Below are positions 31,594 through 40,584 of a DNA stretch of 44,487 nucleotides, one piece after another (within the stretch, counting starts at the first letter, position 1; every line of letters starts with the position of its first letter). The DNA is from a virus, in IMG/VR virus record IMGVR_UViG_3300029593_000013; one strand, given 5' to 3'. A program made the translations under genes and the position numbers. The notes beneath the pieces were generated by a model. That model worked only from the letters and a program-made list of their open reading frames with translations. It was not told where the DNA came from and made no database searches.

Positions 31594-32193
31594 ATGGAAA
31601 AGCATGAGATGAAAGTCAGAATCACATTTTTTGAGGAAGTCCTTGGGACGGCCTCCGCAAACCCGGACCTGCATCGGGAGTACATTGCCAGCAAAGCCCC
31701 CAATGCCGAAAGTATCGAGGAGGAGGTTGCCTCCATCGGCGTGGATGCTGCCCTTGAAAAGAGCATGACCGTTTTTCCCCGGAACGAAGACGGGAAGCCA
31801 ATCTTTTACGATTACCAAATCAAGGGATTTTTTAAGGATTCCACCGGTGCTCTGAGGAAGGTCCCCGGCACAAAGGCCAGCAAGGTGAAGGCATACAAGA
31901 AGGAAATCGACGGCCTGCTGTTCGTCAGCCCCCGGATGATTCCTATGGAGTTTTCGGCTCCCGTCGGCACTTGCACACGGCCTCTCCGTGCGCAGACGGC
32001 GCAGGGTGAGCGTGTGGCCCTTGCAACGAGCGAGACCGTCCCTGCCGGGACCTACATTGACATGACCATCACCGCACTGACAAAAGATATGCTTGACCTT
32101 GCGATAGAGTGCCTTGACTACGGCTACCTCCGTGGTATCGGGCAGTGGCGGAACTCCGGAAAGGGGCGCTTCCGCTGGGAAATCATCGGCTAA
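31594..32193 (+). CDS. hypothetical protein (199 aa) embedded in the recombination module
   Basis: Internal ATG of ORF 31450..32193, directly after the yqaJ stop. The C-terminus is Gly-rich: GIGQWRNSGKGRFRWEIIG. Confidence 0.7.
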   Translation: MEKHEMKVRITFFEEVLGTASANPDLHREYIASKAPNAESIEEEVASIGVDAALEKSMTVFPRNEDGKPIFYDYQIKGFFKDSTGALRKVPGTKASKVKAYKKEIDGLLFVSPRMIPMEFSAPVGTCTRPLRAQTAQGERVALATSETVPAGTYIDMTITALTKDMLDLAIECLDYGYLRGIGQWRNSGKGRFRWEIIG

Positions 32194-32514
32194 GGCGAGG
32201 CTAAGAAGAGAAATGTGCCGCAACGGCATTGCCCTGAAATGAGATGCAATGGCGCCGCATTGGGAAACGCAGAGATGCCTAGGAATCGCAAACCTATGAA
32301 TGGCAAAGGAAAGGCCAACAATCGCAAGGCGAAGCGAAGTAACAGCAACAGAATTGCATAGTTGAGACGTGCTTAGGAAAGGCGACGCACTGCCGGGCCG
32401 GGCATCGGAGAAGCAGCGGATTGGCGGAGCAATGATTTGAGAAGCAGTGGAACTGCACAGTTATGCCACGATCCGCAAGGCACAGTACACCAAAAAAACG
32501 AAAGGAAGTTGGAA

Positions 32515-33327
32515 ATGGAAAACACAATCCAGAATGCAGCCGCCGCAAAGGCGGTAGCAAAGAAGAAAACGCCTCAGAGCATCCAGGATTACATCCAGGT
32601 CATGGGTCCGGCTATCAAGGCCGCTCTGCCCAGCGTGATGACCCCAGAGCGGTTTACCCGCATTACCATGAGCGCCCTGAGCGCCAACCCCAGGCTGAAA
32701 GAGTGCACCCCGCAGAGTTTTCTTGGGGCGATGATGACAGCCGCTCAGCTTGGCCTGGAACCCAATACTCCCCTTGGCCAGGCCTACCTCATCCCCTTCA
32801 AAAACCACGGGCGGATGGAGTGTCAGTTCCAGCTGGGCTATAAGGGCCTCATCGATCTGGCTTACCGGTCCGGCGAGGTCTCCATCATCCAGGCCCACAC
32901 GGTCTATGATAACGATGAGTTCGTCTATGAGCTGGGCCTTGACCCCAAACTGCGCCACGTCCCCGCTAAGACCAACCGGGGCAATCCTGTTGCTTACTAT
33001 GCCATGTTCAAGACCAAGGACGGCGGCTACGGCTTCCAGGTGATGAGCATTGAGGACGTTCGCACCCACGCCCAGAAGTTTTCCAAAAGTTTCGGAAACG
33101 GCCCGTGGCAGACAAACTTCGATGAAATGGCAAAGAAAACAGTTCTGAAAAAGGTCCTGAAATATGCGCCGCTGAAATCGGATTTCGTCCGGGGCGTTAT
33201 GCAGGATGAGACCACCAAGGTGGAACTCTCCGATGATATGACCAGCATCCCCGACACCACGGATTACATTGACGTAGACAGCGAGACCGGCGAAGTCATC
33301 CCCCAGGAGGTAGCCGACAATGCTTAA
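32515..33327 (+). CDS. recT: RecT-family single-strand annealing protein
   Basis: ...MTPERFTRITMSALSANPRLKECTPQSFLGAMMTAAQLGLEP...GYKGLIDLAYRSG... Confidence 0.9.
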   Translation: MENTIQNAAAAKAVAKKKTPQSIQDYIQVMGPAIKAALPSVMTPERFTRITMSALSANPRLKECTPQSFLGAMMTAAQLGLEPNTPLGQAYLIPFKNHGRMECQFQLGYKGLIDLAYRSGEVSIIQAHTVYDNDEFVYELGLDPKLRHVPAKTNRGNPVAYYAMFKTKDGGYGFQVMSIEDVRTHAQKFSKSFGNGPWQTNFDEMAKKTVLKKVLKYAPLKSDFVRGVMQDETTKVELSDDMTSIPDTTDYIDVDSETGEVIPQEVADNA

Positions 33328-33724
33328 CGAGATCGTTGTCATGGGTCGCATGGTGCGCGACCCCGAACTTCGCCGAACCGGGAATGGGACGGCAGTGGCC
33401 AGCTTTACGCTGGCCTGTGAACGGGACGTGGCCTCCAAGGATGCCGAGAAGAAGGAAGTCGATTTTATTGACTGCGTGGCTTGGCGGGGCACCGGTGAAA
33501 GCGCAGCAAAGTATTTCACCAAGGGCCGTCTGGCCGCTGTTACCGGTCGCCTGCAATTCCGGGAATGGACCGACAAGGACGGCAAGAAACGGCGCAACGC
33601 TGAGATTTTGGTGGACCACATCTACTTCTGCGGCGACAAAAAAGATTCCGCTGAGAGCCGCCCTGAGCCTTCCGAGAGCGGATTTACGCCGATGGATGCC
33701 CCTGACGAAGGGCTTCCGTTTTGA
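33320..33724 (+). CDS. ssb: single-stranded DNA-binding protein
   Basis: OB-fold N-terminus MLNEIVVMGRMVRDPELRRTGNGTAVASFTLA and acidic tail DEGLPF. Confidence 0.9.
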   Translation: MLNEIVVMGRMVRDPELRRTGNGTAVASFTLACERDVASKDAEKKEVDFIDCVAWRGTGESAAKYFTKGRLAAVTGRLQFREWTDKDGKKRRNAEILVDHIYFCGDKKDSAESRPEPSESGFTPMDAPDEGLPF

Positions 33725-34104
33725 TGGTGGCGGCCATGCGGAGCAAATACGGGAGCCGCAAGACGATCGTTGACGGCATCTCATTTGACAGCAAAAAGGA
33801 GGCATCCCGTTACCGGGAACTCCTCCTGCTGGAAAGGGCCGGAAAAATCGGGAACCTCCGGCGGCAAGTGAAATATGTCCTCATCCCGGCACAGTATGAA
33901 AACCCCGACAGCCCGACAAAATCGGGCCGGGGTAAGTGCCTGGAACGAGAGTGCAGCTACGTTGCGGACTTTGTTTACGATGTCCCGATGGTGCCGGAGC
34001 CGATTGAGATCGTCGAGGACACCAAGGGCTTCCGAACGGAAGCGTACAAAATAAAGCGCAAAATGATGCTTTATATGCACGGAATCAGAATCAACGAAGT
34101 ATAG
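33724..34104 (+). CDS. DUF1064-family protein (putative Holliday-junction resolvase / nuclease)
   Basis: KYGSRKTIVDGISFDSKKEASRYRELLLLERAGKIGNLRRQVKY matches the DUF1064 pattern. Confidence 0.8.
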   Translation: MVAAMRSKYGSRKTIVDGISFDSKKEASRYRELLLLERAGKIGNLRRQVKYVLIPAQYENPDSPTKSGRGKCLERECSYVADFVYDVPMVPEPIEIVEDTKGFRTEAYKIKRKMMLYMHGIRINEV

Positions 34105-34109
34105 GGGGC

Positions 34110-34883
34110 ATGAGGATGCCGAGAGAAACAGTTAAAATTTTCCGGTCGTACCGGGATGCTGCCGCCGCTGTGGCGGCCAGTGACCCGGCAGACCCAGGGC
34201 GAGGAATTGAAAGTGCATATCGCTTTTTAATGGCAATTTTGGACTACGGCCTCGATGGAACGGAACCTGAACTTTCTGGGGCGGCCGCTGCTATGTGGAT
34301 GCTTACAAAGCCCAACCTTGATGCCTCAATCAAAAAGGCAGATGCAGGAGCAAAAGGCGGGAGTACACCTACCGCAGATAAGCAAACCGCAAGCAAAACG
34401 GAAGCAAACGCAAAGCAGAACGAAAGCAAACCAGAAGCAAACGGCAAGCAAACCGCAAGCAAAACGGAAGCGGAAGAAGGAAGTAGGAAGAAGGAAGTAG
34501 GAAGTAGGATAGAGGAAGAGAGTATCCCCCCTGTAAGCCCCCCCTTGGGGGCGAGATTCGACGAGTTTTGGGCCGCATATCCCCGGAAGGTTGGGAAGCA
34601 AGCCGCCTGGAAGGCGTGGAGTAAGCTCAAGCCAAGTGCCGAGCTGACGAAAGCGATTCTGGCTGCGGTGGAGTACCAGCGCAATTGCCCACAGTGGCAG
34701 AAGGACGGTGGCCAGTACATCCCGAACCCTGCCACCTGGCTGAACCAGGGTCGATGGGAGGACAGACTGCCAACGCCTGTGGATCAGCCGCAGCGGAAGA
34801 CCGGAAGGCCCACGAAGGCAGACGAGCTGAACGATTTTTACGCCATGGCAGCAAAGTGGGCAGGAGGGGGGGAGACCCCGTGA
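34110..34883 (+). CDS. putative replisome organiser / replication initiator
   Basis: C-terminal motif FDEFWAAYPRKVGKQAAWKAWSKL. A central low-complexity repeat linker is present, and the gene is followed by a loader-like gene. Confidence 0.65.
   Translation: MRMPRETVKIFRSYRDAAAAVAASDPADPGRGIESAYRFLMAILDYGLDGTEPELSGAAAAMWMLTKPNLDASIKKADAGAKGGSTPTADKQTASKTEANAKQNESKPEANGKQTASKTEAEEGSRKKEVGSRIEEESIPPVSPPLGARFDEFWAAYPRKVGKQAAWKAWSKLKPSAELTKAILAAVEYQRNCPQWQKDGGQYIPNPATWLNQGRWEDRLPTPVDQPQRKTGRPTKADELNDFYAMAAKWAGGGETP
34380..34509 (+). repeat. direct repeats inside the organiser gene: a 26-nt exact repeat x2, then the tandem 14-mer AGAAGGAAGTAGGA x2 plus a partial copy
   Basis: aagcaaaccgcaagcaaaacggaagc occurs at 34380-34405 and 34446-34471. 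The 14-mers lie at 34475-88 and 34489-502. Confidence 0.85.
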
Positions 34884-35470
34884 CGAAGCAAGAGTTTGGG
34901 CAGTTTGCAGCTGCCCTGAGGACGTACTACAGCCGGGAAAATATCCTGCCGAACGAGCAGGCCATGGAGCTTTGGTACCGGCAGCTTGGGGACATCCCCT
35001 ACACGGCAGCAGTGGCAATCCTGGATCGCTGGGTGGCCACGAACAAGTGGTCCCCGTCCATTGCCGACATCCGTGACAGCATGGCGGAGATACAAAACGG
35101 CGGCCCGGCAGATGACTGGGGTGAGGCATGGGACCAGGCGATGACCGCAATCCGCCGGTTCGGCAGCTATGACGAGGACGGAGCGCTTGCCTCACTGCCC
35201 CCGCTGACGAGGGAGACCGTCCGACGGCTTGGCTACAAATCGCTCTGCTGGAGCGAGAACCAGGTGGCGGACCGGGCAAACTTCCGGCAGGTGTATGAAA
35301 TCCTGTCCAAGCGGAAGGTGGAAACGGATAAAATCCCGCTACCCGTCAGGGAAACGCTGAAAGCCCTCACGGAGAGTTTTGTAAAGCCGGTAGATAACAA
35401 CACCCAGAAGGCGATTTCTTCCGGCAGAGAGCCGCCAGCAACGGCTCGGGGGCATAAGCTAAAGCCGTGA
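34880..35470 (+). CDS. G39P-like replicative helicase loader
   Basis: GTG start overlapping the upstream TGA. The N-terminus FGQFAAALRTYYSRENILPNEQAMELWYRQLGDIPY resembles the loader/inhibitor of G40P family. Confidence 0.6.
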   Translation: MTKQEFGQFAAALRTYYSRENILPNEQAMELWYRQLGDIPYTAAVAILDRWVATNKWSPSIADIRDSMAEIQNGGPADDWGEAWDQAMTAIRRFGSYDEDGALASLPPLTRETVRRLGYKSLCWSENQVADRANFRQVYEILSKRKVETDKIPLPVRETLKALTESFVKPVDNNTQKAISSGREPPATARGHKLKP

Positions 35471-35501
35471 TGACGAAAACAAGCAAAAGGAGAGAATGCA
35501 A

Positions 35502-35849
35502 ATGCGAAAACAATGCAGAGTCTGCCACGTTGTGACAGACCTGGACGAGACAGGCCGCTGCGCTTTTTGCACCCTGTGCTATGAGGCTGTTGAGGCCGGG
35601 ACAAGCTACGGCAAGTACGTTGCACAGAGAGACCGTATGCAGCCCGTTCAGCATCAGGAGCCTCAGCCGGAAAAATGGCCGGAGGCCATTACTGGGAACG
35701 CCACCTGCCCGGTCTGCGGTCAGCCGTTTTACCGGATAGGACACAGACGGGTCTATTGCTCTACGGCCTGCTGCAAAGCAGCGGCAAGAAAACGGTCAAG
35801 AGAGTTTTCCCGGAAAAAATACTGGGCGGGGAAGGCGGCAAAGGGATGA
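35502..35849 (+). CDS. double zinc-ribbon protein
   Basis: CRVCH..CAFC and CPVCG...YCSTAC. ATG at 35502 lies 9 nt after AGGAG (an alternative ATG is at 35496). Confidence 0.65.
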   Translation: MRKQCRVCHVVTDLDETGRCAFCTLCYEAVEAGTSYGKYVAQRDRMQPVQHQEPQPEKWPEAITGNATCPVCGQPFYRIGHRRVYCSTACCKAAARKRSREFSRKKYWAGKAAKG

Positions 35850-36745
35850 ATGATTTAGAACAAATGGCCATCGAACGCCTGAAAGCCGCCTCTGATATGT
35901 CGCTCATGGCATATGATAAGCCTTTGGTTATCTGCATTTCCGGCGGCAAAGATTCCAGCGTCATCACCGAACTTGCAGTGCGTTCCGGAATCCCTTGCGA
36001 GTTTCAGCACAACCACACCACAGCCGATGCCCCGGAAACGGTGCGATTCGTGCGAAGCGAGTTCAAACGGCTAGAGGAAAACGGCTACAAATGCACCGTA
36101 AATATGCCGGTTTACAAGGGGAAGCGTGTGTCCATGTGGACACTGATACCTCAGAAGTTCATGCCGCCAACACGGCTGGTTCGGTATTGCTGTTCTGTTC
36201 TGAAAGAAACAGGTGGGGCAGGGCGGTTTATTTGCACCGGCGTTAGATGGGCAGAATCTGTATCCAGAAAAAACAATCGTGGAATCTATGAAAAATTGGG
36301 TGCAACCAGGGATAAAAGTATCATTCTCGCAAATGACAATGACGAAAAGCGGCTGCTTTTTGAAAACTGCCGCCTGAAAGCAAAGCGGGTTGTGAATCCT
36401 ATCATTGACTGGGCAGACGGGGATGTTTACGGTTTTTTGGAAGATGCGAAAGTCCCCATGAATCCGCTCTATGCCGAGGGACAATGCCGTGTGGGCTGTA
36501 TCGGTTGCCCCATGGCTGGAAAAAAGGAGCGTGAAGCGGAGTTCTCCCGGTGGCCGAAGTACAAGCAGCTCTATCTGAACGCCTTTGAGCGGATGCTGGA
36601 GGAACGCAAGCGGCGGAACAAGGAATCGAGCTGGGAAACCGCAGATTGGACTACCGCAGAAGAAGTGTTCCGCTGGTGGATGGAGTACGATGTGCTGCCG
36701 GGACAGACCAGCATGGAGGATTATTTGGAGATGATAGACGAATGA
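35846..36745 (+). CDS. PAPS-reductase-family (PP-loop ATP pyrophosphatase) protein
   Basis: PP-loop ICISGGKDSSV. C-terminal Cys cluster CRVGCIGCP. Confidence 0.85.
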   Translation: MNDLEQMAIERLKAASDMSLMAYDKPLVICISGGKDSSVITELAVRSGIPCEFQHNHTTADAPETVRFVRSEFKRLEENGYKCTVNMPVYKGKRVSMWTLIPQKFMPPTRLVRYCCSVLKETGGAGRFICTGVRWAESVSRKNNRGIYEKLGATRDKSIILANDNDEKRLLFENCRLKAKRVVNPIIDWADGDVYGFLEDAKVPMNPLYAEGQCRVGCIGCPMAGKKEREAEFSRWPKYKQLYLNAFERMLEERKRRNKESSWETADWTTAEEVFRWWMEYDVLPGQTSMEDYLEMIDE

Positions 36746-37431
36746 AAGTTTTAATAGCCTGCGAAGAATCGCAGACCGTGTGCAAGGCGTTCCGAGAGCG
36801 TGGGCACGAAGCCTACTCATGCGACATACAGGAGCCATCCGGCGGACATCCGGAATTGCACATCCTGGGCGATGCCATAAAGGCCATTGAGGGGGGGCAG
36901 ATAACCACGATGGACGGACAGAAGCATGATGTTGGCCGGTGGGACTTGCTTATCGCTCATCCACCGTGTACATACCTGAGTAACGTAGCTACACGCAGCT
37001 TTTCCCTCCGCTGCACACCGGCGGAAAAAGTTGTGAAAAGATGGGAAGATAGAGCCAAAGGTGCCATTTTCTTTATGCGATTTTTAACTGCGAACGCAGA
37101 AAGAATCGCAATCGAAAACCCGATCGGTTTTATGAACACGGCGTACAGAAAGCCGGACCAGACGATACACCCCTATATGTTCGCCTCCGGGGCTGACGAT
37201 AGAGAAAACTATGTGACAAAAGCAACGTGTCTGTGGCTTAAAAACTTGCCGAAACTTGGGAAAAACAGTCTCCCAAAGCCAAATAATGCGGAGTTATTCG
37301 GGGTTCGACCGAATGGCAGAGCAAGAATTTGGGAGGATTCCTTTTCCAGGTCCGGGAAAGTACGAAGCAAAACATTTCCAGGCATCGCTGCTGCAATGGC
37401 AGAACAATGGGGAGGGCTTGACAATGAATAA
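36742..37431 (+). CDS. short DNA cytosine-C5 methyltransferase-like protein
   Basis: ATGA overlap with the upstream gene. Motif IV-like AHPPCTYLS and motif VI-like IAIENP. Confidence 0.65.
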   Translation: MKVLIACEESQTVCKAFRERGHEAYSCDIQEPSGGHPELHILGDAIKAIEGGQITTMDGQKHDVGRWDLLIAHPPCTYLSNVATRSFSLRCTPAEKVVKRWEDRAKGAIFFMRFLTANAERIAIENPIGFMNTAYRKPDQTIHPYMFASGADDRENYVTKATCLWLKNLPKLGKNSLPKPNNAELFGVRPNGRARIWEDSFSRSGKVRSKTFPGIAAAMAEQWGGLDNE

Positions 37432-37642
37432 CTTTACAGGCCGTCTTTACCGGAAAACGGCCCTCCGGAACGGCGACCGCCGGGCCGGAATCGGTGCAGC
37501 AGAGGACGATTACGGGGACGAGAGTTTCCCACGGGCGAGGAGTCCCCGCCCTGAATTGGCCAGAATGCCCCATGACGGCGAAAAACCGGAAGATTTGAAC
37601 GGGCCTGTGATTGTGGTACAGGCCGGAAAGGGAAGGGAATGA
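37424..37642 (+). CDS. hypothetical protein (72 aa)
   Basis: GGGGAGGG RBS. Internal ATG of ORF 37256..37642. Confidence 0.5.
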   Translation: MNNFTGRLYRKTALRNGDRRAGIGAAEDDYGDESFPRARSPRPELARMPHDGEKPEDLNGPVIVVQAGKGRE

Positions 37643-37649
37643 AATTAAA

Positions 37650-37940
37650 ATGGCAAACATTGTAGGACTGGATTTGAACATCGATCAGGATTATTTGGCG
37701 GAAGCAGTAAAACAAACCGTTATGATGGGAATTTCGGAATCCTTAAACGGGAAAAACGAAATCGTGAGCCAGATCGTAAAAATGGTTTTGTCTACGAAAG
37801 TTGATAAAAACGGGAAAATTTCTAGCTATTCCAGTGATAATAAATTTGCGTTTGAGGTCGAAGACACGGTGGCAGAGCAGCGGGGCTACAAGGTCGACCG
37901 ACTACGAAACCGGATCGAGGATGCGGAACAGGAGGACTGA
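37650..37940 (+). CDS. hypothetical protein (96 aa)
   Basis: Internal ATG (MANIVGLDL...) of ORF 37611..37940. Confidence 0.6.
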   Translation: MANIVGLDLNIDQDYLAEAVKQTVMMGISESLNGKNEIVSQIVKMVLSTKVDKNGKISSYSSDNKFAFEVEDTVAEQRGYKVDRLRNRIEDAEQED

Positions 37941-37942
37941 CA

Positions 37943-38245
37943 ATGGCTGAGGTAAACTGGATTAAAGGCACAATCGCCCCACCGGAAAGCGGAGATTATT
38001 ACATCATCCTGGAGGCAATGCGGGACAGCGACCCGCTGCCCTCCGGGGAGGTGCTTGTCCACAAGGGCGACATTGAGATCACAAACGACTGGTACGATGC
38101 AGACCGGGCAGAGTTCGATACCATCGGCAAGGATAATCCGATATGGCGGGTGCTATCCTGGGCTAATATGCTCAGGCCCTCTATTCCGGCAGACATCCGG
38201 GACCGGGTGAAGTGGTGCTTCGGGATGAGGTTAGAGCATGGCTGA
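37943..38245 (+). CDS. hypothetical protein (100 aa)
   Basis: Starts with ATGGCTGA. Clean ORF. Confidence 0.65.
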   Translation: MAEVNWIKGTIAPPESGDYYIILEAMRDSDPLPSGEVLVHKGDIEITNDWYDADRAEFDTIGKDNPIWRVLSWANMLRPSIPADIRDRVKWCFGMRLEHG

Positions 38246-38765
38246 GTATGAACGAATGACGAAGCGCGACATCGATGGACGGGCAGTGATGGACTGCAAG
38301 AAGTGCAAAGCGGATTGGATGGGTAAGTATGGTAAGCCGATGGTTGAATGCACTGCGCTGTACTGCCGCAATCGCCTCAAGGATCGCCTCGCTGCCTACG
38401 AGGATACAAGGCTGACACCGAGCGACGTACATTCCTTGTGGGGCGAATGGGATGCCATGATGTCAGTGCTGAACAGCATTGGTGGCGGCTATGAACGCCT
38501 GCGCGAGCTTGCGGAGGCCGACAAGGACGGTCGGTTGGTGGTGCTGCCGTGCAAGGTGGGCGATGTTGTGTACGGATTCCACGGGGGAAAGACCATATTG
38601 CCGATGGTGGCAAAATGGATCGAAACGAACACTGACGGTTGGTGCATTGCAGCACAATACACTCCAATGGCACCAAAGTTTTATCGGTTTTCCGATTTTG
38701 GCAAGACCGTATTCCTCACCCGCGAGGAGGCGGAGAAAGCATTGGAGGCAAGCGAAGATGGCTGA
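38238..38765 (+). CDS. hypothetical protein (175 aa)
   Basis: ATGGCTGA start/stop overlap with the upstream gene. Confidence 0.7.
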   Translation: MAEYERMTKRDIDGRAVMDCKKCKADWMGKYGKPMVECTALYCRNRLKDRLAAYEDTRLTPSDVHSLWGEWDAMMSVLNSIGGGYERLRELAEADKDGRLVVLPCKVGDVVYGFHGGKTILPMVAKWIETNTDGWCIAAQYTPMAPKFYRFSDFGKTVFLTREEAEKALEASEDG

Positions 38766-38952
38766 ACACGGGAAGTATTGTCCGATCATGGTTGCTGGGG
38801 GGAATATGTATGTCAGTCAGTGTATCGGAAAAGATTGCACTTGGTGGCTACCCTATGCAAACGACTGTGCGTTGCCTGTTGTTGCGGAAATTTTGGCTGA
38901 CAGCACAATTTGCCAGAATGCATTTGAAACGGAGAGGGCTGACAATGGCTGA
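38758..38952 (+). CDS. small Cys-rich protein (64 aa)
   Basis: ATGGCTGA overlap with the upstream gene. Product begins MAEHGKYCPIMVAGGNMYVSQCIGKDCTWW. Confidence 0.55.
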   Translation: MAEHGKYCPIMVAGGNMYVSQCIGKDCTWWLPYANDCALPVVAEILADSTICQNAFETERADNG

Positions 38953-39244
38953 TTTTATTAACCGGGAGGCGGTCCTAACGGAAATCTACCAGTATACCAG
39001 GCACTACTGGCCTACCGTCTCTTACGTTGAGTCCATAATCCAAAAGCAGCCAGCCGCCGATGTTGCCCCGGTGGTGCATGGGCGGTGGATTGAGGATCAT
39101 GATTATCTCAAATGTCCAGAGTGCGGCGTGATGGTTAAGCGGGATTTTACATTTTTCGATATTGGCGATTGGAATTATTGCCCCAACTGCGGGGCGAAGA
39201 TGGGCATGGACAGAGGTGGAGAAAATGCAAGCAAAGAAATGTGA
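38945..39244 (+). CDS. zinc-ribbon protein (99 aa)
   Basis: ATGGCTGA overlap with the upstream gene. CPECG...CPNCG. Confidence 0.6.
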   Translation: MADFINREAVLTEIYQYTRHYWPTVSYVESIIQKQPAADVAPVVHGRWIEDHDYLKCPECGVMVKRDFTFFDIGDWNYCPNCGAKMGMDRGGENASKEM

Positions 39245-39431
39245 TCGCTGTGGACGCCTATATGAGTATTATGACGGACGGAAGGCGTTTCCTAAGTCAA
39301 AATCAAATTCTTTTGAGTTGAGAGACACCGATATTGAAGGAAAATACTGGGGACGAGATCGTTTTGACCTGTGTTTTCATTGTATGAAAGAACTAGAAGC
39401 CTTTTTGTACGGAGGTGCCGACAATGGCTGA
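39225..39431 (+). CDS. zinc-ribbon protein (68 aa)
   Basis: MQAKKCDRCGRLYE...CFHCM. Confidence 0.55.
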   Translation: MQAKKCDRCGRLYEYYDGRKAFPKSKSNSFELRDTDIEGKYWGRDRFDLCFHCMKELEAFLYGGADNG

Positions 39432-39918
39432 TTTCATCGAGGTGCACCAGCAGGGCAAGCCCCGGCTGGTCAACCTGGACTGGGTGGAGGACATATGGCC
39501 AACGGAGGACGGAACGCAGATTTATTTTGCGTTTACCAGCCCTGATGCTACGTCACAGGATTTTATAACAACAGATGAAAGCTACGACAAAATCAAACGC
39601 ATTATAGCCTATCAGCGGGTAGAGAGGGGGCAAAGTGGAATGAAAGGTATTACATATTGCGGGGAGTGTGCCGATTACGACTGCAAAAAGCACCGCTGCC
39701 GGAGGGGCGCAAGCCTGGAAAGCAGACCTCAAGACAAGTTTTACGATGACTGCCCGCTTGCTGATGCCGTGCCGGTGGTACGCTGCAAGGATTGCCGGAA
39801 CAGTTACGAGGGCATTGACGGGCGGATATGTTCCTTCGGCCCTTGCGTGGACTGTGTCGTTCCGGACGATTTCTTTTGCAGCCAGGGAGAGAGGATGGAG
39901 AGCAATGCGGATCGGTGA
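39424..39918 (+). CDS. Cys-rich hypothetical protein (164 aa)
   Basis: ATGGCTGA overlap with the upstream gene. Multiple CxxC pairs in the C-terminal half. Confidence 0.65.
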   Translation: MADFIEVHQQGKPRLVNLDWVEDIWPTEDGTQIYFAFTSPDATSQDFITTDESYDKIKRIIAYQRVERGQSGMKGITYCGECADYDCKKHRCRRGASLESRPQDKFYDDCPLADAVPVVRCKDCRNSYEGIDGRICSFGPCVDCVVPDDFFCSQGERMESNADR

Positions 39919-40090
39919 CAGGGTAAGCATTATCCCCTCCTGGTCTTTCGGTAAGGCCGGTGAGGGCGGCATGAGAGAACATCCTACGGAAGAAAAAGCT
40001 ACCGTGGTATGGATTCACCCCCTGGGGAGATTCGTTGTCGTAAAGTACGACAACGGCCTCAGAGAGGCGTTCGATCCGGGGGAGATTTAA
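39905..40090 (+). CDS. small hypothetical protein (61 aa)
   Basis: Internal ATG of ORF 39668..40090. Product begins MRIGDRVSIIPSWSFGKAGEGG. Confidence 0.5.
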   Translation: MRIGDRVSIIPSWSFGKAGEGGMREHPTEEKATVVWIHPLGRFVVVKYDNGLREAFDPGEI

Positions 40091-40092
40091 CC

Positions 40093-40584
40093 ATGGGCTG
40101 GAAATACGCTGAGGACCGACGTGCATATAACAGGACCTATATGCGTGAGCGCAGAGCGTGGCTCAAAGAGCATCATATGTGTACCGAGTGCAAAGAGGTG
40201 GATGCGCTTACAATGGCCGGAGGCAAACGATGCACAGAGTGCATCGAGAAAGACCGCAGGCGCAAAGGGAAAGAAATTGTCTGGGTGGACATCCCCGAGG
40301 AAAAAGAGGCGGTCATTCCGAGAGAAGAACGGCGGGACTACGGGCTTTGTTATATTTGTGGGGACCCGGTGAGGGAGAAAGTCACAGATCGTGGCGGCAT
40401 TTGCAAAAAATGCTACGAACACAGCCGGGAGAGTTGGCGCGAAAACAACATGGCGCAAAAAGAAAGGGGGACCGGATGGTGGGGAATCCGAAAAATGGAG
40501 GTCGACAGGGCAAAACGCATTCAGGAATCAAAAGCAAACAGCGAGTCCGAGACTTTGGAGAAGTCTTCACCCCGGCGCACATAG
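40093..40584 (+). CDS. zinc-finger protein (163 aa)
   Basis: CTECK...CTEC and CYICG...CKKC. The last 109 nt overlap the next ORF out of frame. Confidence 0.6.
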   Translation: MGWKYAEDRRAYNRTYMRERRAWLKEHHMCTECKEVDALTMAGGKRCTECIEKDRRRKGKEIVWVDIPEEKEAVIPREERRDYGLCYICGDPVREKVTDRGGICKKCYEHSRESWRENNMAQKERGTGWWGIRKMEVDRAKRIQESKANSESETLEKSSPRRT

